Below are positions 1 to 10,125 of a stretch of DNA of 64,000 nucleotides, piece by piece; within the stretch, counting starts at the first letter, position 1, and every line of letters begins with the position of its first letter. The notes under the pieces were generated by a model. The model was not told where the DNA came from and did no database searches. It saw only the letters and a program-made list of their open reading frames with translations. This DNA comes from Anaerolineales bacterium. Lineage in GTDB: Bacteria; Chloroflexota; Anaerolineae; Anaerolineales; UBA11579. The position numbers and the translations under genes are program-made. Location of the stretch: the NCBI GenBank assembly GCA_035446285.1, contig DAOMSJ010000001.1:298796-362795 (forward strand), read 5' to 3'.

Positions 1-968
1 AGATAGCGGTCAAAGGCGGCAATCGCTACCAGATAGAGCTCATTGGCGGTGCTACCGCTGCTGTTGGTAGCAGCGTAATAGTCCACTAGGCCGCGCTGCA
101 ACTCATCTACGGCTATGCCGGCATTGACTAGCTCCACCAATGCAGCGTATGAGGAAAACGAAAGCGGAAACTTGGTCACCGCATCGGTGAACAAGGCATT
201 GGCCTGGGCGCTGTCGCCAATCGCCTGATAGGCGCGGCCCATGAGCAGATCCATATCCGCCTTGAGATAGTCATTGGCGGTGGTGGTGTATACGGCTTGA
301 TAGGCCAGGATGGCGGCCTGGTGGTCGCCGCGCTCGCTATGCACTTTACCGATCTTGACCTGCAGCGAGAGCGTGTCACCCAGGCGCGGCGCGGTCATCG
401 CCTGCTGGAAGGCCGCCAGGGCGCCTTCAAGATCTCCGCTGGCTTGCAGGGCATCGCCGCGCAGCTCGTGCACATAGGCGTCAAGAATGCTGGGTCGCAG
501 GGCCAGATAATTTTGATACTGTGCATCCGCCGCGGCGCCATTGCCCTGCGCGGCATACAGCTCGGCCAGGGCGAAATGGGCGCCGGCGGCTTCTTCGCTG
601 CCGGGGAACTCGGCGATCACATTGCTGAGCGTACTGATGGCTTCGGCCGTGCGGCCAAGTTTGACGTAGGCGCGCCCCATGCCCAGCAGGGCGGCGGGGT
701 GCAGCTCGATCTCGGTTCCTTGATAGACACGCTCATACTCCGTGAGCGCCGCCTGCCAATCGCCGTAAAAGAACAAGCGGTCAGCTGATTGCACGCGGGC
801 GCTGTTGGTGGGCGTGGGGGCAGCGGTAGGTTCAGGCGTCGGTGAAGGAAGCGCGGCGCTAGCGGGGGTGGAGGTGGGCAGCGAGGGATCCAGCACACGC
901 TGCAGGTTGCACGCCAAGCTTCCCAAGGCCAACGCAAGCACCGTGAAGACAATGGCTCGCCAAGGCAT
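1..968 (-). CDS. TPR-repeat exported protein (putative lipoprotein); 3' end lies outside the window
   Basis: Absent from the ORF track because it runs off the left edge. My translation from ATG (968-966) gives MPWRAIVFTVLALALGSLACNLQ (signal peptide plus Cys) and a P/T/A-rich linker. TPR-like helices follow (LLGMGRAYVKLGRTAEAI, FALAELYAAQGN, LMGRAYQAIGDSAQAN). The frame stays open to nt 1. Confidence 0.7.
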   Translation of the reverse strand, partial: MPWRAIVFTVLALALGSLACNLQRVLDPSLPTSTPASAALPSPTPEPTAAPTPTNSARVQSADRLFFYGDWQAALTEYERVYQGTEIELHPAALLGMGRAYVKLGRTAEAISTLSNVIAEFPGSEEAAGAHFALAELYAAQGNGAAADAQYQNYLALRPSILDAYVHELRGDALQASGDLEGALAAFQQAMTAPRLGDTLSLQVKIGKVHSERGDHQAAILAYQAVYTTTANDYLKADMDLLMGRAYQAIGDSAQANALFTDAVTKFPLSFSSYAALVELVNAGIAVDELQRGLVDYYAATNSSGSTANELYLVAIAAFDRY

Positions 969-1047
969 GCCAGTCACTATACCGTAAAATCATTTTGCCC
1001 ACACAAGGCTCATTGTGACCTCATTTTTTTAGTACACTACATCTCTT

Positions 1048-1749
1048 ATGGGGGATGCAGAGCACACCTACCGCATTGCAGACATTGCCGTCAGCGAGCG
1101 CCCGCGTGAACGCCTCAAGCAGCAAGGCGCCGCCTCGCTCAGCACCGCCGAGCTGTTGGCGGTGCTGCTGCGCACCGGCCTGCAAGGCGAAAACGCCGTA
1201 GCACTGGCGCAGCGTTTGCTGCACAGCTTTGGCAGTCTGCCTGGCTTGCACCGCGCGGACTTTGCCGAGATGGAAGCCACGCACGGCCTCGGCGAAGCCA
1301 AAGCCGCCACCATCAAGGCCGCCATCGAACTAGGACGGCGGCTGCACACCCAAGACCCGGAACAACGTATACGCGTCAACAGCCCGGCCGACGCGGCCAG
1401 CCTGGTGCAGTACGAAATGAGCGCGCTGGAGCAAGAGCATCTTCGCACCATTCTGCTCAGCACGCGCAATGAAGTGATCGAGATTGTGGAGATCTACCGC
1501 GGCTCACTCAACAGTGCGCCGGTGCGCATCGCTGATGTGTTCAAACCCGCCATCCGCAAGAACGCCGCTGCCTTCATTCTGGTGCACAACCACCCCAGCG
1601 GCGACCCCACACCCAGCCCAGACGACATTGCCCTCACCAAGGCCATTCGTGAAGCCGGCCAGTTGCTAGGCATTGATGTGCTGGATCATTTGGTGATCGG
1701 CCAGGGGCGCTATATGTCGCTGAAAGAAAAACGGCTGGGCTTCAGCTAG
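1048..1749 (+). CDS. radC: RadC-family JAB/MPN domain protein
   Basis: 233-aa ORF with the N-terminal 'LSTAELLAVLLRTG' helix-hairpin-helix-like segment. The C-terminal JAMM-type motif 'LVHNHPSGDPTPSPDD' is characteristic of RadC/UPF0758. Confidence 0.9.
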   Translation: MGDAEHTYRIADIAVSERPRERLKQQGAASLSTAELLAVLLRTGLQGENAVALAQRLLHSFGSLPGLHRADFAEMEATHGLGEAKAATIKAAIELGRRLHTQDPEQRIRVNSPADAASLVQYEMSALEQEHLRTILLSTRNEVIEIVEIYRGSLNSAPVRIADVFKPAIRKNAAAFILVHNHPSGDPTPSPDDIALTKAIREAGQLLGIDVLDHLVIGQGRYMSLKEKRLGFS

Positions 1750-1764
1750 GCTGTAAACGTGATC

Positions 1765-2016
1765 TCAAATTTGTCGAACTCGCCGCTGGCTGGCTGCCAA
1801 GTCAGTTGACAGTCCTGCACCTCTGCCATCGGCGGCCAACTGCTCCAGCGCCGGGCGCGGCCCTTCGGCCAACACGTCCACGCTGCCAGAGTGCAGGTTA
1901 CGCACCCACCCGGTGAGCGCCAAACTGCGTGCCTGCTGCCACACAAAATAACGGAAGCCCACACCCTGCACGCCGCCGCTGACCAAGGCGGTCATGCGTT
2001 CGGATACCTGGTTCAT
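1765..2016 (-). CDS. acyP: acylphosphatase, apparently frameshifted (conserved C-terminus continues in the other frame, about 1835..1746)
   Basis: The N-terminus 'VSGGVQGVGFRYFVWQQARSLALTGWVRNLHSGSVDVLAEG' is the acylphosphatase signature. The expected C-terminal strands (PPMAEVQDCQLTWQPASGEFDKFEITF) are encoded in the +1 frame of overlapping ORF 1746..1964. The start overlaps the upstream gene's stop by 4 nt. Confidence 0.65.
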   Translation of the reverse strand: MNQVSERMTALVSGGVQGVGFRYFVWQQARSLALTGWVRNLHSGSVDVLAEGPRPALEQLAADGRGAGLSTDLAASQRRVRQI

Positions 2017-3212
2017 TCATCGCCCCCTGCACGCGTCGCCAGGCGCATCAGCCCCCACAGCAATATGGCCACACCCGCTGCCCCTCCCACCGAGCGTAAG
2101 TCCACATTCGCCAGCAGAGGTCGTGGCTCTGCAGCCAGGGAGGCATGCCAATCCAACTCCAGGTGCAGCATATCCACACCGAAGGCAGCCTGCGGCGCCT
2201 GGATGCAATCACCCGAACGTGCGTAGGCTTCCACCAGGATGCCAAAACCGGTCTCGTTAAAGCGTTCGATCAGGTAGCGCACCAGCGCGGCCGATTGCAG
2301 GTGAGCCATCGCCGCTTGTGCGGCATGCCGCGGGGGAAAGCTGCCACACAAGGTATAGAGTGGCGGCAGGCTACCCTCGCGTAACGCCGCGGCCAGCTGG
2401 CTGGTCTCCTGCGGGTCCGGCTCACCTTGAGCCACCGAGGCGATACCCTCGCGCAGCCAGGCGGGCAGGTTGGCGTAGCCTTGGGCGCCCAGCCCTTCGT
2501 AGAGCATGGTATGCGCCAGTTCACTGGCGATCTGGCGCTCCACCTGCGAATCGCGCGTGAGCAGCAAAACTCCCTGGCCGGGCTGCATGTGCCCTGCCTC
2601 CCACGGATATCCCGCCAATTGGGCAACGCGCCATGCATCTAGCTCGTGCTCATAAACACGCAGGGTCAGCGGCTGCGGGTCTGGCAGCGGCAACAACGCC
2701 TGTACGCGATCCACTGCCTGGTTGGCCGCATTCAAGAGCACGGCAGCATCAGCAGAGTTACCGCTGTGCCACAGCACCTCAAACGAATGGAGCTCCACCT
2801 GCTGCCAGGCGAAGCGATTATCGTCATAGTAAAAGGTGTAATGCGGGCTTTCGAAGAACTCGCCGTGGTCAGAGGCAATACGGAACCAATACTCAATGGT
2901 GCTGAAGGCCTGTGGCTGGTTCTGCTCGTCGAGCGTCACCTGTACATCCAGCCGGTTGGGGCTGATATCACCTTCGTAGACCCAGATGCGCTCATCATCC
3001 CCCACCTGGTAAAAGATATAGCCCTCAAGGATGATGGGGCGGCTGGTGAACTCAGCCACAAAGTTGATCTGCTCACTGAAAAGATACTCAACAGATTGAG
3101 CCGTGAACTCAACGCGCTCCTGGGCCACGGCCGGGCGTGCCGCGGCACACAAAACCAGGGCTAATAACAAGCCTAGCGCGTGGAGGCGGTGCGGATGCCT
3201 TCGTTGCTGCAT
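2013..3212 (-). CDS. exported peptidase-MA-like protein with a degenerate zinc motif and a C-terminal TM anchor
   Basis: 399-aa ORF with signal peptide 'LGLLLALVLCAAARPAVAQ'. The segment 'IASELAHTMLYEG...LPAWLREGIASVAQ' resembles the HExxH...EG block of peptidase-MA-like proteins, but the first His is Ser. The C-terminus is hydrophobic (GGAAGVAILLWGLMRLA). Confidence 0.55.
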   Translation of the reverse strand: MQQRRHPHRLHALGLLLALVLCAAARPAVAQERVEFTAQSVEYLFSEQINFVAEFTSRPIILEGYIFYQVGDDERIWVYEGDISPNRLDVQVTLDEQNQPQAFSTIEYWFRIASDHGEFFESPHYTFYYDDNRFAWQQVELHSFEVLWHSGNSADAAVLLNAANQAVDRVQALLPLPDPQPLTLRVYEHELDAWRVAQLAGYPWEAGHMQPGQGVLLLTRDSQVERQIASELAHTMLYEGLGAQGYANLPAWLREGIASVAQGEPDPQETSQLAAALREGSLPPLYTLCGSFPPRHAAQAAMAHLQSAALVRYLIERFNETGFGILVEAYARSGDCIQAPQAAFGVDMLHLELDWHASLAAEPRPLLANVDLRSVGGAAGVAILLWGLMRLATRAGGDE

Positions 3213-3224
3213 AAGGCAAGAATA

Positions 3225-4271
3225 CTATTCTTCTGTGTCTTCGTCTGTGTCGTCGGGGGAATCGGGATTGGCAAAATCTTCTAAATCTTCAGGCGAGAAA
3301 TCCAGCAGGCTGAGCTCATCCATCTCATTGGTGAAAGCCAGATTCTCGATGGCGTTCTCAAGGAATTCGATCTCTTCGTCATCCTCGGCGCGTTCGATCA
3401 GCTCTTCCAGCACATCGGCAATGCCGTTGCCGCCGATCTGCGAGAGCGCCCAGGCGGCGGCCAGGCGCACTTCGCTCTCCTCATCCTGCAGCAGGTCGAA
3501 CAGGCCGGGGCGCGCCTCGCTGAGCTCCAGCTCGCCAGCGGCGCGGGCCGCCTCACGGCTGATCTCATGGTTCGGGTCGGCCAGGCTTTGCATCACCTGC
3601 GGTCCCCAACGGTCGTCCGCGGTGCGGCCCATGGCAAACAAGGCGCTGCTGACCCACTCTTCTTCGCCGCCATCAAAGGCTTCTTCGATCATGTCGGCGA
3701 TCTCTGGGCGGCTGGAGTAGCCCATCGATTCGAGGGCGCGGCGGCGCAGCAACGGGTCTTCATCGGCGTGCAAGATATCCAGTAAGGCGGCTTCGGCCTC
3801 TTTGTGCGCCGAGGCAGCCAGCTCGCCCACCTCCCCCAGATAGATAAAGTGCCCCAGCGTGGCGGCCACCTGGGCGCGCACATCGATATCTTTGTCTTCG
3901 CGCAATCGCGTGACCAGCACGGGCACCAGTTTGGCGTCCTCCGAGGCCCACAGGCCGCGTGCCGCCACGGTGCGCACACGCGCGGCTTCATCTTGCAGGG
4001 CCACAGCGTTCAGCGCATCAAAGTGCACCACCGTATTGCTCTCGGCGAGTTCTTCTGCGTCTTCTAGGATGGCTACGCGGCGTTCTTCGGAGAGCGTAGT
4101 CCAAACCGGCGCAAGGCTGGCCAGGTCAGCGGCTTCCAAGGCAGACAGGCGGAACAGATAGCGTGCCGCAACCGGCGTAGCCTCATCCTGCAAAGCGGCA
4201 AGCACATCGCTAAAGCTGAGTGTCTCGCCGCTTTCTTCAAAGTTGTCGTCAAACAGTGGGTTGTCGTTCAT
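3225..4271 (-). CDS. HEAT-repeat protein with acidic N- and C-terminal tails
   Basis: 348-aa ORF with repeated 'D..VR..AA.aLG' HEAT/PBS-lyase-like units (DIDVRAQVAATLG, EISREAARAAGEL, ESEVRLAAAWALSQIG). The C-terminus is very acidic. It abuts rseP with no gap. Confidence 0.75.
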   Translation of the reverse strand: MNDNPLFDDNFEESGETLSFSDVLAALQDEATPVAARYLFRLSALEAADLASLAPVWTTLSEERRVAILEDAEELAESNTVVHFDALNAVALQDEAARVRTVAARGLWASEDAKLVPVLVTRLREDKDIDVRAQVAATLGHFIYLGEVGELAASAHKEAEAALLDILHADEDPLLRRRALESMGYSSRPEIADMIEEAFDGGEEEWVSSALFAMGRTADDRWGPQVMQSLADPNHEISREAARAAGELELSEARPGLFDLLQDEESEVRLAAAWALSQIGGNGIADVLEELIERAEDDEEIEFLENAIENLAFTNEMDELSLLDFSPEDLEDFANPDSPDDTDEDTEE

Positions 4272-5339
4272 TTAGGGCAGCACCAAGGGATTAATGAAGT
4301 CTTGCAGGTTGATATAGACCATCGCCATCAGCAGGAAGGCCAGGCCGATCAAGTTGACTGCATTTTGGTACGTGATGGGAATGCGCTTGCCAAACAGCAG
4401 CTCAGGCAAGGTAAAGAGAATACGCCCACCATCCAAAGCCGGAATGGGCATCAGGTTGAGCAGGCCTAGCGATACCGAAATCGAGGCGAAGAACGAAAGC
4501 GTGTTGACGCCAGACGGCAACGGGCTATCCGGAGCGGCATCTGCCTCGCGCACCTCAGTGTAGATGTCATACATGCCCTTGTAGCCCACGAAGCGGCCCT
4601 GGCTCGAATCCACCTCACCACTGGCAAGGCGGAACGGCAGGGTCAGCAACAGCTCGGCCTGGTCATAGATGGCAAGGCCACCTTGCACCAGCGCCTGCCC
4701 GAAACTCACCGGCACGGCGGGGTGCCCCATGGAGACGCCGATAGCGCCATCCGCCGGAGCAGGGTCACGTGGCACCAGCGTCACGCGGTCACGCTGGCCG
4801 TCACGTTGGTACTCGATCAGGATTTCGCGGCCCAAATTGGCGTAGATCGCATCACGAATATCCTGCGTGCTGCTTATGGCCTCGCCATTCACATGCGTCA
4901 GCACGTCACCGGGCTGCAAGCCAGCCAACTGCGCCGGCGAACCATCCGAGACGGTTTGCACTTCTACGATGCTGGTGTTGGGTTGGCCAAGCTGCACAAA
5001 GATGATGGTGTAGAGCAGCACGGCGGTAAGCAGGTTCATGGCCGGGCCGGCAATAAAAATGAAGATACGCTTCCACGGACTGGCGGCAGAGAAGCCACCC
5101 GGCACGTCCGGGTCGTTCTCTCCGGCGGGCATCGCAAAGCCACCCAGCGGAATGGCGTTCAGCGTGAATTCCGTTTCTTGAATTTTGAACAGGCGCACAA
5201 TGCGCGGCGGGAAACCGATGCCAAACTCCTGCACCTTGATCCCACACGCCTTGGCCGCCAGGTAGTGCCCCAACTCGTGCACAACGATCAGGGCGGCGAT
5301 GGCAACAATAAACTGAAGCAAAGCAAGAATAGCGCTCAT
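4272..5339 (-). CDS. rseP: site-2 (M50) zinc metalloprotease, RseP-like, with PDZ domain
   Basis: Carries the 'VVHELGHYLAAK' HExxH motif in TM1, a central PDZ-like segment (GSPAQLAGLQPGDVLTHVNGE) and a C-terminal 'NLMPIPALDGG' motif. I prefer ATG at 5339 (MSAILALL...); the track start at 5363 adds 8 residues. Confidence 0.9.
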   Translation of the reverse strand: MSAILALLQFIVAIAALIVVHELGHYLAAKACGIKVQEFGIGFPPRIVRLFKIQETEFTLNAIPLGGFAMPAGENDPDVPGGFSAASPWKRIFIFIAGPAMNLLTAVLLYTIIFVQLGQPNTSIVEVQTVSDGSPAQLAGLQPGDVLTHVNGEAISSTQDIRDAIYANLGREILIEYQRDGQRDRVTLVPRDPAPADGAIGVSMGHPAVPVSFGQALVQGGLAIYDQAELLLTLPFRLASGEVDSSQGRFVGYKGMYDIYTEVREADAAPDSPLPSGVNTLSFFASISVSLGLLNLMPIPALDGGRILFTLPELLFGKRIPITYQNAVNLIGLAFLLMAMVYINLQDFINPLVLP

Positions 5340-5408
5340 GGGTTGATTATATCCATGCCCCACCCCACACTGCAGGCAGGCAACTAATAGCTAGATGAGG
5401 CTGATTCG

Positions 5409-6377
5409 TTAGACCAGGGCAGCCGCGCCGCCCGCCGAGGCTTGTAGCACGCGTAGCACGCCCGGAATCTTGGCCAGCCGCGCCGCCACTTCGGCGGCGT
5501 CTGCCGCGGCGCTGAGCACGTGCACGTTAGGGCCAGCGTCCAGCGTGTAGCCGGCTTGCAAACCCTCGGCGCGCCAGGCAGGCACTGCCTGCATCACCGC
5601 CAGGCTGGGCGGCTGCCAGTACAGCAAGGGGGGCTGCGAGGTCATCATCACGGCATGCATCAGGTGATTGTCAAACTCCATCACCGCCGCCAAAGCCGCC
5701 AGGTCACGCTGCAAGATGGCTTCACGCGCCTGCGCCAAGCGCTGCTCGGCGCCCACCAGGCGGGCGGCTTGCAGCGGGCTGCTATCTGCCAGCGGGTGGC
5801 CCGCGGTTGAGCCCACCACCTTATGCTCTTCACTAATAATGGCGATGGTATCCACCAGGTCCCAATGCTGTGGGCCGGCCACGGAGACGGCGTAGCTGTC
5901 TTCGTCTGTGTCTGCGGCGCGCCACTCCACAAAGCCGGCCGGCACCGAGCGGCTGGCCGAGCCGGAGCCGCGCCGCGCCAAGCGCGAGAGCGCGGCTTCG
6001 TCCAGTTGCAGTCCGGCGGCGGCGCTGGCCGCCAGCGCCAGGGCGGCGAATGCCGACGAGGACGAGGCAATGCCCGATCCGCTGGGGAAGTTGTTGCTGC
6101 TGGTGACCTCAGCGAAGTGGCTGATGCCAGCCATGCCGCGCACCAGGTCTAGAATGCCCGAGACGCGCGCCACCTGCACCGCGGCGGCGGGTGCGTTGTT
6201 AAGCACCAGCGCATCGGCAGGCAGGGCGGCGTCAAAGCGCACCGTGGTGCGCGTTTCCAGCCCCGCCAGGTTCATGGAGATGGAGCCATTGGCAGGCAAC
6301 CGCAACGCATGATTGCGGTTGCCCCAATATTTAATGAAAGCGATGTTTGGGTGTGCGATTGCGCTGGCTGTACTCAT
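5409..6377 (-). CDS. mvaD: mevalonate diphosphate/phosphate decarboxylase (GHMP kinase superfamily)
   Basis: 'AHPNIAFIKYWGNRN' and 'GSGIASSSSAFAALA' match the diphosphomevalonate decarboxylase family. The ATG overlaps the ggt stop (ATGA at 6374-6377). Confidence 0.85.
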   Translation of the reverse strand: MSTASAIAHPNIAFIKYWGNRNHALRLPANGSISMNLAGLETRTTVRFDAALPADALVLNNAPAAAVQVARVSGILDLVRGMAGISHFAEVTSSNNFPSGSGIASSSSAFAALALAASAAAGLQLDEAALSRLARRGSGSASRSVPAGFVEWRAADTDEDSYAVSVAGPQHWDLVDTIAIISEEHKVVGSTAGHPLADSSPLQAARLVGAEQRLAQAREAILQRDLAALAAVMEFDNHLMHAVMMTSQPPLLYWQPPSLAVMQAVPAWRAEGLQAGYTLDAGPNVHVLSAAADAAEVAARLAKIPGVLRVLQASAGGAAALV

Positions 6378-8014
6378 AAGGTCATTGCCACACCGTCTGC
6401 GCGCGGATCACTGCCGCCCCACAGCACTCCGGTTTCCTTCTCTCTCAAGATAATCTGTCCGCGCCCGAAAACAGCACGCGGCAGGCCACTCACCTCGCGC
6501 ACGGTATGGCCCATCTGTGCCAATTGTGCCTGCGTAGCGGCGGGCACCCCTTCTTCGATGGATACGGCCAGCCCGGCATCGCCCTCCTCAATGCAGAAGC
6601 GCGGCCGGTCGAGCGCGGCCTGCGGGTCAAGCCCATCATCGATCAGGTTGACCGCCACCTGCATGTGGCCTTGCGGCTGCATGTAGCCGCCCATCACGCC
6701 GTAGCAGGCAAACAGCTCGCCGCTGTCTGCGTGGGTGATCATCGCCGGAATGATGGTGTGATACGGCCGCTTGCCCGGCGCCAGCGCATTGGGATGCGAA
6801 GCATCCAGGCTGAAGCCGTAGCCACGGTTCTGCAAGGTGAAGCCCCAGCCCTTGGGCACGATGCCAGTGCCAAAGCCGTGATAGTTACTGTTGATAAAGG
6901 AGCAGGCATTGCCTTGGCCGTCCACCACGCTGAGATACACCGTATCCGTGCCAGCGGTGGGCCGCCCGCGCGGCACATCCGCCACGGCACGCGTGGCATC
7001 CAGCCGCGCGGCGCGCTCCGCCGCGTACGCTTGCGAGAGCAGCGCCTGCAATGGGGCGGGATTGGTGGCGGGGTCGGCTACAAACCAGCGCGTATCAGCG
7101 AAGGCCAGGCGCATCGCTTCGATCATCAGGTGCCAGCGCTCGGCGCCCAGCGGGTCTTGCCCGGCCAAGGTGAAATGCTCCAAAATATTGAGCGCCAACA
7201 GCGCAGCGAGCCCCTGCCCATTGGGCGGGCACTCCCACACGCGGTAGCCGCGGTACTCGGCATGAATGGGCTCATCCCAGGTGCTGTGATGGCCGGCCAA
7301 ATCCGCGGCGCTCATCACGCCGCCCGCCTCAGCCAGCACAGCCACGATGGCTTCGGCAATCTCGCCCTCGTAAAAGGCACGTGCGCCACCCTCGGCCAGC
7401 ACGCGCAAGGTGCGTGCCAACCCGGGATTGCGGAACAACTCGCCGGGCTGCGGCGCGCGTCCCTCGATGAGCAACTCAGCGCCATTGGGCGCCGAGGCTA
7501 GCTGGTTGGCCGCGCCGCGCCCCCAAAAATAGCTGGTGAGCGGAGCAACCGGGAAGCCAGCCTCAGCCAGCTCGATTGCAGGCGCCAGCACCTCGGCCAA
7601 CGGCAAGCGGCCGTGCCTGGCGATAAGGTCACTCCAGCCCGCGGCCGCCCCCGGCACGGTGACGGTGTGGGCATGATAAAGAGGCAGCTCGGTCATGCCT
7701 TGTTGCTTGAGCAGGTCAAGCGAGAGCGCCGCTGGAGCGCGGCCAGACCCATTGAGGGCGGTTACCTGGCGTGTCTTGGCTTCGTAGTAGAGGGCAAAAC
7801 AATCCCCACCGATGCCAGTGCTGGTGGGCTCGGTGACGTTGAGCGCCGCGGCGGTGCCCACAGCAGCATCCGCCGCCGTGCCGCCAGCACGCAGGATCGC
7901 CAGACCAGCCGCAGTGGCCAGCGGCTGGCTGCTGGCCACCATGCCTGCTCGCCCGACGACGGGCGAGCGGCGCGAAACAAAATGAGGATTAGGCTGAAAA
8001 TACATGGACTGCAA
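6374..8014 (-). CDS. ggt: gamma-glutamyltransferase family protein
   Basis: 546-aa ORF with 'GGTAADAAVGTAAALNVTEPTSTGIGGD'. The autoprocessing/nucleophile region is 'GTDTVYLSVVDGQGNACSFINSNY'. The track start is TTG (8014); the first ATG is at 8005. Confidence 0.9.
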   Translation of the reverse strand: MQSMYFQPNPHFVSRRSPVVGRAGMVASSQPLATAAGLAILRAGGTAADAAVGTAAALNVTEPTSTGIGGDCFALYYEAKTRQVTALNGSGRAPAALSLDLLKQQGMTELPLYHAHTVTVPGAAAGWSDLIARHGRLPLAEVLAPAIELAEAGFPVAPLTSYFWGRGAANQLASAPNGAELLIEGRAPQPGELFRNPGLARTLRVLAEGGARAFYEGEIAEAIVAVLAEAGGVMSAADLAGHHSTWDEPIHAEYRGYRVWECPPNGQGLAALLALNILEHFTLAGQDPLGAERWHLMIEAMRLAFADTRWFVADPATNPAPLQALLSQAYAAERAARLDATRAVADVPRGRPTAGTDTVYLSVVDGQGNACSFINSNYHGFGTGIVPKGWGFTLQNRGYGFSLDASHPNALAPGKRPYHTIIPAMITHADSGELFACYGVMGGYMQPQGHMQVAVNLIDDGLDPQAALDRPRFCIEEGDAGLAVSIEEGVPAATQAQLAQMGHTVREVSGLPRAVFGRGQIILREKETGVLWGGSDPRADGVAMTL

Positions 8015-8080
8015 GATTCTAATCTCTATTCTCGAATCTCAAACCTAGTCAAAGAACAGAGATTAGAGAGTGGGGATTAG

Positions 8081-9075
<995 letters not shown>

Positions 9076-9079
<4 letters not shown>

Positions 9080-10119
9080 AGCCCTGCCACCGCAATCGGA
9101 GCCTTATGGCCCTCGGCACTCTCATATAACCAGCAGCGCACTTTGTGTCCCGGCGCCACGTCCAGCAAGCTGGGTTCAGCGTGGTTGCAGATCTCCAGCT
9201 TGTATTCTTCACGCGCTTTGCAACGCGGCGCAAAGCGGCAGCTTGGCTTCAGGCCGATTAGGTTGGGCACTGAGCCGGGGATGGTTTCCAAACGGTCTTT
9301 GACCTCACCCAATACGGGGATGGAGGCTTGCAAGCCCACCGTGTACGGATGCAGCGGTTTACGGAACAAAGTGCGCGTATCGGTCTGCTCAACGATTTGG
9401 CCGGCGTACATCACTGCCACGCGGTCGGCCATCTCCGCCACCACGCCGAGATCATGCGTGATGAGAATAACGGAGGTGCCCGTCTCGGCGCTCAGCTCGC
9501 GCAGCAGGTCCAGGATCTGCGCCTGGATGGTGACGTCCAGCGCCGTCGTGGGCTCATCGGCGATCAACAGCTTGGGTTTCAGCGCCAGCGCCATCGCGAT
9601 CATGACGCGTTGCGCCTGGCCGCCGGAGAGCTGGTGCGGGTAGGCCTTGGCTCGGCGCTCCGGGTCAGGGATACCCACCTGGCGCAGCAATTCCACCGCC
9701 CGCGCCCAGGCTTCGTCCTTATCCAGCTTCTCGTGAATGTCAAACACTTCCACGATCTGTGCCCCGATGGTGAACACGGGGTTCAAGCTGCTTTTGGGCT
9801 GCTGGAAGATCATCGAGACTTGCTGGCCGCGGATGCGGTTCATCTCTTTGCTGCTCTTGAGCAGCAGGTCTGCGCCGTCCAGCAAGATCTCGCCGCCCAC
9901 CACCTTGCCGGGGGCGTCCACCAAGCGCAATACAGAGAGCGAAGTCACGCTTTTGCCACAGCCCGATTCGCCCACCAGGCCAAAGATCTCACCGGGGGCA
10001 ACGTCAAAACTTACATCATCGACCGCGGTCAGCACACCGTCATCCGTAAAGAAGTACGTCTTGAGGTGATTGACCTGCAGCAAGGGCTGCGTGGTTGTGG
10101 TTTTTGTCTCGCGGGCCAT
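9076..10119 (-). CDS. oligopeptide/dipeptide ABC transporter ATP-binding protein (OppD/DppD type)
   Basis: Walker A '[10 protein letters not shown]', signature '[15 protein letters not shown]', Walker B '[11 protein letters not shown]'. Confidence 0.9.
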
Positions 10120-10125
10120 GATTGC

